Source: Candidatus Woesearchaeota archaeon (GTDB lineage: Archaea > Nanobdellota > Nanobdellia > Woesearchaeales > WAPY01). From it: a DNA stretch of 64,000 bases. Both the position numbers and the translations under genes were made by a program. The notes under the pieces were generated by a model. The model saw only the letters and a program-made list of their open reading frames with translations, did not search any database and was not told the DNA's origin. This document shows, one piece after another, positions 38,973 to 47,770 of this stretch. How positions within the stretch are numbered: position 1 is the stretch's first letter; each line of letters begins with the position of its first letter. Where the stretch lies: NCBI GenBank assembly GCA_049700835.1, contig JBNAUL010000001.1, positions 182,043-246,042 of the forward strand, read 5' to 3'.

Positions 38973-40226
38973 ATGGATAGTCTTTTAAAATCCAAAAACA
39001 ACACCATTTTTATGGATAACATAATAGTTGGGGTAGATCCAGGAACAACAACTGCATATTCTATTTTTAATTTAAGGACTTTGGAAATCAGCACATATTC
39101 AAAGAGGCACATGGGGATAAACCTTCTTTTAAGAGAATTAGTAAAACATGGGCATGTCCTTGCAATCGCCTGCGATAAAAAACCATGCCCAAAATTTGTT
39201 GAAAAAATCTGTTCAAAATTGGGCTCAAAACTTATAGTGCCTGAGGTTGAACTTAAAGAAGAAGAAAAGAGGATTATGAGCAACGGTTTCAATTGCAGCA
39301 ATATACATGAGAGAGATGCAATAGCAGCTGTTGTTTACTCGCTGAAGAGATTGAATCCTTTGCTGAAAAAGATAGACAAAATAGCAGAGGAAAAGAATAC
39401 AGGGCAGGAGTTCAAGGACGCTTTGACAAGGCTTGTTTTTTCAGGCAAGAGCATAAAAGATGCATACCAAATATTGAAAAATGTGAACTTCGAAAAAATC
39501 AGCAAAATGGAAAATACTTATCATAAGGAATCAAGAGAAAAAATCATTGAAAAAGGAACAGTTGAAAAGAAAGCCAATGATAAAATGATTGGTGCGTTAA
39601 AAACTGCTCTGAAAGAGAAGAACATACTTAGAGAGCAGAACAAGAACCTGCTTAAAAAGATTTCGCAGCTGAAGAGATACAACGATTTCTTGATGAAGAA
39701 AATAATAAGCCAAGAGAAGGGAAAGAGCTCAAAAGATGGAAAAGAGGATAATTCAGAAAATTATTTTAAAGAATTAAAGCAAAATTTTTTATTGGAAAAT
39801 GAAAATTTAAAAAAGAGAATAGAGAACTTGAATTTAGAGATTGAAAAGCTTCATAAAATCATTTTAAACTTTGACAGCTTTGTTGTCCTAAAAAAACTTA
39901 AAAATTTTTTAAGCGAGGAATTTGAGACCAAGAATAAAATATTAAAAATAAAAGAAGGAGATGTGCTGTTGGTTGAAAACCCAAACGAATATTCTGAATC
40001 AACAATCAAAACTCTTAAAGAAATGGTAAATTTTGTTTTTTGCAAAACAGATGCAAACAAGAAAACAGAGGAAAAACTCCCATTTTTGTTTTTCAACTCA
40101 AAAGGGATTTTGCTTGAAGAAACAGAATTCTTTGCAGCAATAAGTAAAGAGGACTTTGAAGCAGAAAAAAGAAAAAAGGATTTCATAAAAGAGATAATAA
40201 AAAATTACAAATTGAAAAAGATTTAA
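38973..40226 (+). CDS. DUF460/COG2433 protein (N-terminal RNase H-fold, RuvC/YqgF-like putative nuclease, plus long coiled coil)
   Basis: 417 aa. N-terminal IIVGVDPGTTTAYSIF matches the DUF460 carboxylate motif. The remainder is K/E-rich coiled coil. Confidence 0.55.
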   Translation: MDSLLKSKNNTIFMDNIIVGVDPGTTTAYSIFNLRTLEISTYSKRHMGINLLLRELVKHGHVLAIACDKKPCPKFVEKICSKLGSKLIVPEVELKEEEKRIMSNGFNCSNIHERDAIAAVVYSLKRLNPLLKKIDKIAEEKNTGQEFKDALTRLVFSGKSIKDAYQILKNVNFEKISKMENTYHKESREKIIEKGTVEKKANDKMIGALKTALKEKNILREQNKNLLKKISQLKRYNDFLMKKIISQEKGKSSKDGKEDNSENYFKELKQNFLLENENLKKRIENLNLEIEKLHKIILNFDSFVVLKKLKNFLSEEFETKNKILKIKEGDVLLVENPNEYSESTIKTLKEMVNFVFCKTDANKKTEEKLPFLFFNSKGILLEETEFFAAISKEDFEAEKRKKDFIKEIIKNYKLKKI

Positions 40227-40256
40227 ATATTCAGAAAGTATACTCAAAAGGTTTTC

Positions 40257-41309
40257 ATGAACATAATAGACAAATTTGGAATAAGGGAAAAGATAATAAA
40301 TGAGAATTTTGATGACATCATAGGTCAAGAAGAAACAAAGAGGCAGTTAAAAACAGCGCTTATAGCAGGAAGGCACATAATAATAGTAGGGCCTCCAGGA
40401 GTTGGCAAAACAACATTGACAAAAAACCTGGCAAGAGTTCTACCTGATATTAAATTAAACAACTGCAACTACCATTGTTCTCCAGAAGAGCCGATATGCC
40501 CAGAGTGCATTTCAAAAAAGAACAGGTCTGAAAAAATAAAAACAAGGATTGTAAAAGGATTTGAAAGGTTTATTAGAATACAGGGAAGCCCTGACCTTAC
40601 AGCAGAGGACTTGATTGGAGATATAGACCCGATAAAAGCAATGAAATCAGGGCCATTGAGCATTGAGGCATTTAATCCAGGAAAGATATTCAAAGCAAAT
40701 AATGGAATCTTATTCTTTGACGAAATAAACAGAGCGCCTGAAAAAGTTCAGAATGTGCTTCTGCAAGTTCTTGAGGAAGGAAAAGCAACAATTTCTGGTT
40801 ACGATGTTGACATAAAAAGCGATTTCATACTGGTTGGAACAATGAATCCTGAAGACTCAAGCACAGAAGAACTTTCTGATGTGTTCGTGGACAGGTTTGA
40901 TTTCATTGAAATGAAATACCCAGAAAGTTTAGATGAAGAATACAGCATAGTTGTTTTAAAGGGAAAAAAGATAGTCAATTTTCCAGAGAATCTCTTGAAA
41001 GGGGTTTTAAGGTTTGTAAGGGATTTGAGAGAAGAGGAAATGCTTGAGAAAAAACCAGGAGTAAGAGTGTCACTTGGAATCTATGAAAGAGCCCAAGCAA
41101 ATGCGCTGTTAAACAAAAGAAACACTGTCACATTAGAGGATGTCAAGGAAATACTATTCTCAGTGCTCCTACACAGGATAAGGTTAAAACCAGCGTATAG
41201 GTTCACTCTTAAAAAACAGGAGTTTGTTCTTGAAAAATTCAAAAAGATTGAAAGGGAACTGCAGGAAGAGAGCATTCTTGAAGAGTCAAAAACAGGTGGT
41301 TCTCTTTAG
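40257..41309 (+). CDS. MoxR/ChlI-like AAA+ ATPase with Cys4 zinc-ribbon insertion
   Basis: 350 aa. Walker A IIIVGPPGVGKTT, Walker B ILFFDEIN, sensor FILVGTMNPED, as in Mg-chelatase ChlI/MoxR. An inserted CNYHCSPEEPICPEC lies between Walker A and B. Confidence 0.75.
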   Translation: MNIIDKFGIREKIINENFDDIIGQEETKRQLKTALIAGRHIIIVGPPGVGKTTLTKNLARVLPDIKLNNCNYHCSPEEPICPECISKKNRSEKIKTRIVKGFERFIRIQGSPDLTAEDLIGDIDPIKAMKSGPLSIEAFNPGKIFKANNGILFFDEINRAPEKVQNVLLQVLEEGKATISGYDVDIKSDFILVGTMNPEDSSTEELSDVFVDRFDFIEMKYPESLDEEYSIVVLKGKKIVNFPENLLKGVLRFVRDLREEEMLEKKPGVRVSLGIYERAQANALLNKRNTVTLEDVKEILFSVLLHRIRLKPAYRFTLKKQEFVLEKFKKIERELQEESILEESKTGGSL

Positions 41310-42468
41310 CCCAGCAAGGCGTGCAGAACACAAAGAAGAGATTGAATTTGAAGAAAAAAAGGGCAGTTCTCAATATGGTTCTATGAAAAATCAAAAGGAG
41401 AACTATTTTGAGAATGCAAAGCTCATAATGGATTCAATAAACAGGGATGTGTTTTTGAATTCAAATAAAATATTTGAAAATCTTATTAAAAGCTTTTCAC
41501 TGACAAAGCAAAATCTTGGAGCAGAATTCATAAGGAGAATAACTGGCTATGATGAAAAATATCTTGAAAGAAACATAAGAATGCCTGAATTCCAAAAGGA
41601 GTTGAAGAAGAGAATAGATGAAAAATTTGAGGATTTGAAAAAACAAAACCTTCTTGATTCAGAAGACAGAATAACAGATTTTGGTTATGATTTAGCTACT
41701 TTCAATTTGGTGATTGAAGAACTTGATAATTTAAGAAACCTTGAAGAAGGGGTTTTGAAGAGCAAGATCAAGAGTTTTGAAGGAGAAAAACAGGATTTTA
41801 AGGATTTTAAAAATGGGCATTATAAAGACATTGACATAAGGAGGAGCGTTAGGACTGCTTTGAGGAGAATCCATAAGAACATTCTTGAGCAGGATCTAAA
41901 AGAAGCAATAAGAAAGGACAAGAGAGGAGTGAATATAGTTTATGCGGTAGATGCTTCTGGAAGCATGAAAGGAGAAAAACTTGAACAGGCGAAAAAGGCA
42001 GGAATAGCCTTGATTTACAAAGCAATAAAAGACAGAAACAAGGTTGGATTGATTGTTTTTCAAGAGAAGATTGTAAATGAAATTCAACTCACAGATAAAT
42101 TTGAAGTTTTGATGAAAGAACTTGTAAAAATAAGAGCAAGGCAGCAGACAAACATAGAACAGACAATAATAAAATCCATAGAGATGTTCTCCAAAATAAA
42201 GAGCTCAAAAAACCTTATCATAATAACAGATGTTATACCAACGCTTGCAGAAAAGGGGCAAGACCCTGTTGAGAAAACCCTGAAAGCAGCGTCAATCGCA
42301 GCTTCTCAAAAGATAAGCATTTCAATCGTAGGGATAAAACTTGAAAAACCCGCTCTTGAATTGGCAAAGAGAATTGTTGAAATGACCTCAGGTAAGCTTT
42401 ATCTTGTTTTGAACGCAAAAGAACTTGACAGAACAATGCTTGAAGAATACTCGAGAATACAGGCATAG
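41224..42468 (+). CDS. von Willebrand factor A (vWA) domain protein, partner of the ChlI/MoxR-like ATPase (ChlD-like)
   Basis: 414 aa from the ORF-track ATG 41224, which overlaps the ATPase gene by 86 nt. An alternative start is ATG 41383. C-terminal vWA with MIDAS DASGSM (VYAVDASGSMKGEKL). Confidence 0.6.
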   Translation: MFLKNSKRLKGNCRKRAFLKSQKQVVLFSPARRAEHKEEIEFEEKKGSSQYGSMKNQKENYFENAKLIMDSINRDVFLNSNKIFENLIKSFSLTKQNLGAEFIRRITGYDEKYLERNIRMPEFQKELKKRIDEKFEDLKKQNLLDSEDRITDFGYDLATFNLVIEELDNLRNLEEGVLKSKIKSFEGEKQDFKDFKNGHYKDIDIRRSVRTALRRIHKNILEQDLKEAIRKDKRGVNIVYAVDASGSMKGEKLEQAKKAGIALIYKAIKDRNKVGLIVFQEKIVNEIQLTDKFEVLMKELVKIRARQQTNIEQTIIKSIEMFSKIKSSKNLIIITDVIPTLAEKGQDPVEKTLKAASIAASQKISISIVGIKLEKPALELAKRIVEMTSGKLYLVLNAKELDRTMLEEYSRIQA

Positions 42469-42569
42469 TCCAAGCCCAATTTCTAAATTTTTATTATTGA
42501 TAATTTTATGACTGCTAATTATTTTATTTTTTCTAAAGTTTTTTATAATTCTAAATAAAAACCACATTT

Positions 42570-43610
42570 ATGGAAATCATAAGAATAGACGGTTCCTATC
42601 TTGAAGGCGGGGGGCAAATGCTAAGAACAGCATTAGGGCTTTCGCTGATAACAAATAAACCTTTCAGCATCTTCAACATAAGAACAAACAGGCCTGATCC
42701 AGGATTAAAAAACCAGCACTTGCATGCAATAAAAACAATCTTAAAACTCTCAGATTCTAAAGCAGAGAATGTATTCTTGGGCTCAAGAGAGATAAGATTT
42801 TTTCCAGGGGAATACAAAGGAGGTTCTTTGGAAGTTAACATAGGAACAGCAGGTTCAATAACTCTTTTGCTTCAGTCAATAATGCTTCCTGCAGTTTTCC
42901 TTAAAAGAACAAAACTCAAAATCATTGGAGGCACAGAAGTCAGTTTTTCCCCGACAATTGATTACTTCAAGAATGTAGTGCTCTATTATTACAAAAGGTA
43001 CTGCAATGTTGAACTGAAAATAAAGAAGAGAGGATACTATCCAAAAGGACAGGGAATAGTTGAGATTAGCATAAACCCGTCAAATATTCCAATTGAGAAC
43101 CTCAAGCAGATGATTGTTGATAAAAAACCGAGTTCATACGACATTTTAGGGATTTCAACAGCATCAACTGATTTAGCTCAAAAGAGCGTGGCTGAGAGGC
43201 AAAAGATTGCAGCAGAGGAATACATATGCAACGAGTTAAAGATAAAACCAAGCATAACTTCTGAATATTCTGCTTCTGAAAGCACTGGCTCATCAATAAC
43301 TCTTTGGGCTTTTGGAGCTATTGAAGACAACTTTCTTGAGAACATTGTGCTTGGCAGTGATTCTTTAGGAGAAAAGGGGTTGAGTTCAGAAGAGGTGGGG
43401 TTAAGAACAGCTTCAATGCTTGTAAACGAGATAAAAATCGGTGGCATAGATAGATTTCTTGCAGACCAATTAGTGCCTTTGTTAGGAATAGTTGGAGGAC
43501 GCTTAAAAACCACAGAAATAACGAACCACACGAAAACAAATGTTTTTGTAACAAACCTATTCTTGAATAAAAAATTGAGAATTGATGGTAATACAATAAT
43601 AAGAGAATAG
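42570..43610 (+). CDS. rtcA: RNA 3'-terminal phosphate cyclase
   Basis: 346 aa. N-terminal IDGSYLEGGGQMLRTALGLS and overall RtcA domain pattern. Confidence 0.8.
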   Translation: MEIIRIDGSYLEGGGQMLRTALGLSLITNKPFSIFNIRTNRPDPGLKNQHLHAIKTILKLSDSKAENVFLGSREIRFFPGEYKGGSLEVNIGTAGSITLLLQSIMLPAVFLKRTKLKIIGGTEVSFSPTIDYFKNVVLYYYKRYCNVELKIKKRGYYPKGQGIVEISINPSNIPIENLKQMIVDKKPSSYDILGISTASTDLAQKSVAERQKIAAEEYICNELKIKPSITSEYSASESTGSSITLWAFGAIEDNFLENIVLGSDSLGEKGLSSEEVGLRTASMLVNEIKIGGIDRFLADQLVPLLGIVGGRLKTTEITNHTKTNVFVTNLFLNKKLRIDGNTIIRE

Positions 43611-43697
43611 GGAAGCAGAGGGAAGCAGAAAGTGTAGCTTTACAATTTAAGGGATAATAACAAATAAAATCAAAAATCTCAAAAATCAAGAAAAGAG

Positions 43698-45701
43698 TTA
43701 CAGGGTTGCAATCTTAAAATCAGTTCTTAGTTCAAGTATTTTGTAATAAAGGTCTTTTTTCTCATCTGACTCAGGCATTTTCTTGTGTTTTTCCTCAAGC
43801 ATTTTTATAAGGTTGTTCGCTCTTTCAAAATCTCCTGTCTTTATTGCTTCCTTTGCTTCTTCAATTGCAGAATTGCTCTCATCAGAATCTATCATAGGCA
43901 AAGGCTTAAGCAAGTCAGAGTGAGAATCAGTTGAATCAATTTCCTTGACAGGAATGCTTTCATAGTTGCCGTAGTTTAATTTTTCAGTTTTTATGTAAAG
44001 CTTTAACCTCTCTTCCTCAAGCTTGTTCTTCTCCTCCAAAAGCCTGAATTGAACCTTTAGTAATTTTTCCTTTTTGTCCTCAAGTTCAAGTTCTCTCTGC
44101 TTCAGCTCGTTTTCCTTTGCTTCAAGTTCTTTTGTTTTGTTTAATATAAAGTTCTTTTCATTCCTGTACTTTTCTTCAAGGTTTTTCAGTTTGTTTTCAA
44201 GTTTTGGAATTTCTCTCATCAGTTTTTTATAATTTTTCTCAATGAATGGCATCTTCTTCAATATTTCTCTGCCTTTTTCAATTAGCGCGGTTTTCTTGTT
44301 AACATCCTTTTCTTTTTCTTTCAGATTCTTTTCAAAAGCGCTCAATTTTTCAAAATTCTGCTTTATTTTTTGTTCCCTTATGCTTAATTTTCTTATTCTT
44401 TCTTCATTTTTCTTCTTCTCTTCATCTAATTTTTTGTTTTGAACTTCAAGTTCTCTCACTCTTTCTATAATTTCCTTTTCTTTTTCATCAAGCATTTCTC
44501 TCTCTTCAAAAAGAGCATTAACCTTTTTCACAATCTCAGCTTCTTTCAAATCCAAGTTTTCCTTTATCGATTTTAATTCGTTGAATCTTTGCAAAACAAT
44601 CTTCTCCTTCTCTCTTATATCTGATTCTCTCTTGTCAAGTTCAGAAATTTTATCCTCAACCTTTTTCTCAAAATCAAGGAGCTTTGCTTTTTCGCTTTCC
44701 AACAATCCCTTTAATTCCTCAACCTCTTTCTTCTTCTGTTTAAGCATTGATTCCAATTCTTTTATTCTCTCATTATATTTTTTGTTTTTTTTATCACTTT
44801 CTTGTTTTTTTACCTCTTTTTCCCAAGAAGTTTTGTATTCTGGTTCAGAAGGCAATTCAATTTTTTGAGGGGCTGTTTTCTCAATTTTTTCCTCAATTTC
44901 TTTGCTCTGTTCAACTTCTTTTTTTGATTCCAGTGGTTCAATCTTTTCAATCGCAGGGGTTTCTATTTTTGGAAGGATTTTTTCTGTTTGCTCTTTTTCA
45001 ACAGGTTTTTCCTTTTTTGAGCTTCTAAGAGAGAAAACGATTGCAGGTTTTTTCTTTTTATTATCTGAAAGAGCGCTGTTCTTTTCAACAGGAATTTCTA
45101 TTTCAGGCAATTTGTCAGGCACAAAATTGTTGTATTCAAACGCCTTTTCCTGTTTCTCAAGAGCAGGGACTTTGTTTTCTTTAGGGAAGATAATTTTAGG
45201 ATTTAGAATATTTTCTTTTTCAAAACCTGTGTTTTTGAATTTCAAATTTTGGTTTTCCTCAACCTTTTTATCTTGAACTTCTAATTTTGAAATTTCTTTT
45301 CCATTTAGAACATCAATCATCTCTTCCTTTGTAGAGCAATTCCTTAAACTATAAGCAAGTTCCTTTTTTCCAAAGACATGCTCTATCCAATTTGCAAAAT
45401 CGTTCTTGTGATTTTTGACATGGTGCTTGAATGTTTCATCATCCATAAAACTGAGATAAGATTTCAATTCCTCAATGTTCTTTATTCTGTCTCCTGTTCT
45501 CAAGACAAAATACTTTTCAGGAGGTATTTCCTCATTTTTATTAGAGAGTATTTCTCTTTGCTTGTCTTGAACAAGAGAACTGCCTTCGCTTTCCTGTTTC
45601 GCAACTTGTCCATCTTGCCCAGTTTGCCTATTCTTTCTGAAAAGAGAAAAACCCTTCTTAATTTTTCTAGGAAGTTCAGGAAGTTCAAGATTATCAGGCA
45701 T
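43698..45701 (-). CDS. Hypothetical large coiled-coil protein (K/E-rich) with about 150-aa globular N-terminal domain
   Basis: 667 aa. N-terminal domain (YFVLRTGDRIKNIEELKSYLSFMDDETFKHHVKNHKNDFANWIEHVF), then about 450 aa of heptad-rich coiled coil. The C-terminus is charged and helical, and no transmembrane segment is evident. Confidence 0.45.
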   Translation of the reverse strand: MPDNLELPELPRKIKKGFSLFRKNRQTGQDGQVAKQESEGSSLVQDKQREILSNKNEEIPPEKYFVLRTGDRIKNIEELKSYLSFMDDETFKHHVKNHKNDFANWIEHVFGKKELAYSLRNCSTKEEMIDVLNGKEISKLEVQDKKVEENQNLKFKNTGFEKENILNPKIIFPKENKVPALEKQEKAFEYNNFVPDKLPEIEIPVEKNSALSDNKKKKPAIVFSLRSSKKEKPVEKEQTEKILPKIETPAIEKIEPLESKKEVEQSKEIEEKIEKTAPQKIELPSEPEYKTSWEKEVKKQESDKKNKKYNERIKELESMLKQKKKEVEELKGLLESEKAKLLDFEKKVEDKISELDKRESDIREKEKIVLQRFNELKSIKENLDLKEAEIVKKVNALFEEREMLDEKEKEIIERVRELEVQNKKLDEEKKKNEERIRKLSIREQKIKQNFEKLSAFEKNLKEKEKDVNKKTALIEKGREILKKMPFIEKNYKKLMREIPKLENKLKNLEEKYRNEKNFILNKTKELEAKENELKQRELELEDKKEKLLKVQFRLLEEKNKLEEERLKLYIKTEKLNYGNYESIPVKEIDSTDSHSDLLKPLPMIDSDESNSAIEEAKEAIKTGDFERANNLIKMLEEKHKKMPESDEKKDLYYKILELRTDFKIATL

Positions 45702-45875
45702 AAAACACCCCCTATTTTATTCGCACGAATATTCTCTTCTTTAATATCTTTTGAATATGACAAGTTTATTTATATATTTTTGTTATTACTTAAAAATTTA
45801 AAATCAGAAATTTTCATTTCAAAAAGCAATTTTCATTTTTTTTGCAAATAGCAAACCGCAAGGCTTTTAAATACC

Positions 45876-46076
45876 TTGACTAAACCATTCAACATGCAGA
45901 AAGGTGATTTTATGATTAGATGCACTTCATGCAAAAAGGAACTGACGAATGAGAGCGGCGTTGTAAGATTTATCTGTCCAAATTGTGGAAAGTTTGAAAT
46001 AATAAGGTGCAAAAACTGCAAGAATTTAGGAATAAAATACGAATGCCCTGAATGCGGTTTTACAGGCCCAAACTGA
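45876..46076 (+). CDS. Zn-ribbon protein (COG2888-type, conserved partner of aEF-1beta)
   Basis: 66 aa with two CxxC...CxxC pairs (CTSCKK..CPNCGK; CKNCKN..CPECG). Immediately upstream of the aEF-1beta gene, a conserved archaeal gene pair. The true start may be the internal ATG (MIRCTSC). Confidence 0.55.
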   Translation: MTKPFNMQKGDFMIRCTSCKKELTNESGVVRFICPNCGKFEIIRCKNCKNLGIKYECPECGFTGPN

Positions 46077-46092
46077 ATAAAAAGGAATAAAA

Positions 46093-46365
46093 ATGGCAAG
46101 AGTCATTGTTACAATAAGAATAATGCCTGAAAGCCCTGAACAGGATTTAAACGCAATTGAACAGGAAGCTGTCAAAGAACTTAAAACTCTTGGTTTAGAA
46201 TTTGGCAAGAAAGAAGTGCAGCCAATAGCATTCGGGCTAAATGCGTTGATTATTTATGCAATTCAAGACGAAGCGCTCGGTTCTTTAAACATTGAAGAAA
46301 GGCTCTCAAAAATAGAAGGAGTTAACAGCGTTGAAGTTATAGATGTCAGAAGAGCTGTTGGTTAA
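46093..46365 (+). CDS. ef1b: Translation elongation factor 1-beta (aEF-1beta)
   Basis: 90 aa; MARV.V..RIMPE..E.DL..I....K......G......E.QPIAFGL.AL.I matches the aEF-1B fold family. Confidence 0.75.
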   Translation: MARVIVTIRIMPESPEQDLNAIEQEAVKELKTLGLEFGKKEVQPIAFGLNALIIYAIQDEALGSLNIEERLSKIEGVNSVEVIDVRRAVG

Positions 46366-46377
46366 TTTTTATTAACC
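46360..46377. terminator. Inverted repeat GGTTAAT-tttt-ATTAACC overlapping the ef1b stop codon, between convergent genes
   Basis: Perfect 7-bp stem with a T4 loop, followed by T-rich sequence. Candidate bidirectional terminator or stability element. Confidence 0.3.
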
Positions 46378-46486
46378 TTAAATTCCTTATCTTTAAATTC
46401 TTTATATTCTTTATTAATTCTTTATTCTGTTTATTATTTTTGCTTTTTCTTTGCTTTTTTCTTGCTTATTTTTTTCTTATTCTTTT

Positions 46487-47653
46487 TCAGCCCTTCATTA
46501 TGCTAAGGAGTTCATTTAAACGAGCATCTGTTCTTAAACTCGTGTTGTCAAAATGAGTTCTTGAAGCCTTAAATCTGCTTTCCTTTAATTTTTCAATTAT
46601 TTTATCCAAAGGAAGGAGCTTCAACTTGTGTTTTTTTGCCAACAAATGTGTATTGAAAGTAAATGGGATTTCTATCCTGTTTTCATCTATTAGAACATCA
46701 AGATACTTCTTTGTTTCCTTGCTTATTGTTTCATCACCAGCTCTTTCGGTTCTTTCATAAATTCTTTTCATTTCTAACAATAGTTCCTGCTCGCAAAGTT
46801 GCCCTGAATAAAAACTTCCAAAATAGTTAAATTCTGAACCGCAAAAATCACACTCATTTCTATTAAATAGGACCATCTTGCTGAAAACATGATCAGTGAT
46901 TTTCCTGTTGCAGCAGTTTTTGCAGTAGAGCAGATAGTTGTGTTTTTCAAAAACAAAATCTGATTTTTTCTTTGACTTCTCAGCAGAAAAGAACAAGCCG
47001 TAATGATGTTTGTAATGATAAGAAATTAGAGGTTTCAACAGGATGTTTTTCTTTGCAGCAATTGTTTGAAGGTCCTTTATGAGAATTCTTATTCCAAATT
47101 CATGATTAAAGTCCTCGTGCAGGGGTCTTGAGCAGTACCTTCTCATGCAGGTTTTTGGATAAGTTCCTGAAAGGGTTGCTGTGTCTGTGGTTGTTATTGC
47201 CAGGATTCCATTTTTCTTTATTCTTCTCAAACTAAGTTCAATGAATTTGTGGACATCATCAAAAGGGTCTATTTGTATGTAATCAAAGGATTTTGATTTA
47301 AGCAAGAGCATATTGGCATCCATATTGTAAAACCTTATCCTTTCATCCTCTCTTAGATTGTTCATCTCAAAATTTTTGATTGTTGCTTCAAAGCATTCTC
47401 TTGAGATATCATTTACAACTAAAGATTTTGCATCTGCCTGAAGAGCAATTCTCAAAGCTCTTATGCCAGAAGCACTCATAAGTTCTAAAACATTTAGTTT
47501 TCTGTTCTTAAATTCTTGCAGCGCCCTTAAGATGAGAACAGAAAAATCCCTGTTTATCCTCATGAGAGGATTGTAAAAAACAAAACCCTTCTTTGTATTA
47601 AGATTTTTTTCTGAAGCGTAGAACCTTACATTTGCTTCTTCAAATAGTTTCAT
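46487..47653 (-). CDS. trm1: tRNA (guanine26-N2)-dimethyltransferase Trm1
   Basis: 388 aa. N-terminal FYNPLMRINRD.SV and SAM-binding region (LELMSASGIRALRIA), C-terminal Cys cluster, as in archaeal Trm1. Confidence 0.7.
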   Translation of the reverse strand: MKLFEEANVRFYASEKNLNTKKGFVFYNPLMRINRDFSVLILRALQEFKNRKLNVLELMSASGIRALRIALQADAKSLVVNDISRECFEATIKNFEMNNLREDERIRFYNMDANMLLLKSKSFDYIQIDPFDDVHKFIELSLRRIKKNGILAITTTDTATLSGTYPKTCMRRYCSRPLHEDFNHEFGIRILIKDLQTIAAKKNILLKPLISYHYKHHYGLFFSAEKSKKKSDFVFEKHNYLLYCKNCCNRKITDHVFSKMVLFNRNECDFCGSEFNYFGSFYSGQLCEQELLLEMKRIYERTERAGDETISKETKKYLDVLIDENRIEIPFTFNTHLLAKKHKLKLLPLDKIIEKLKESRFKASRTHFDNTSLRTDARLNELLSIMKG

Positions 47654-47770
47654 GCATTCATGAAATTTTAATGATAAATAAAAAACTTTTGAAAACTTTT
47701 GAATAATTGAGAAACATTTAAAAAAACAAAAGCAAGCACCAATGTTATCTTCTAAAAGAATGAAGGGAAA

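Noticed and set aside
44242-45851. Five plus-strand ORFs (66-157 aa) rich in F/S/L
   Set aside because: They are antisense to the K/E-rich coiled-coil gene 43698-45701. Reverse-complement AAG/GAA repeats produce stop-free TTC/CTT frames, which is a low-complexity artefact.
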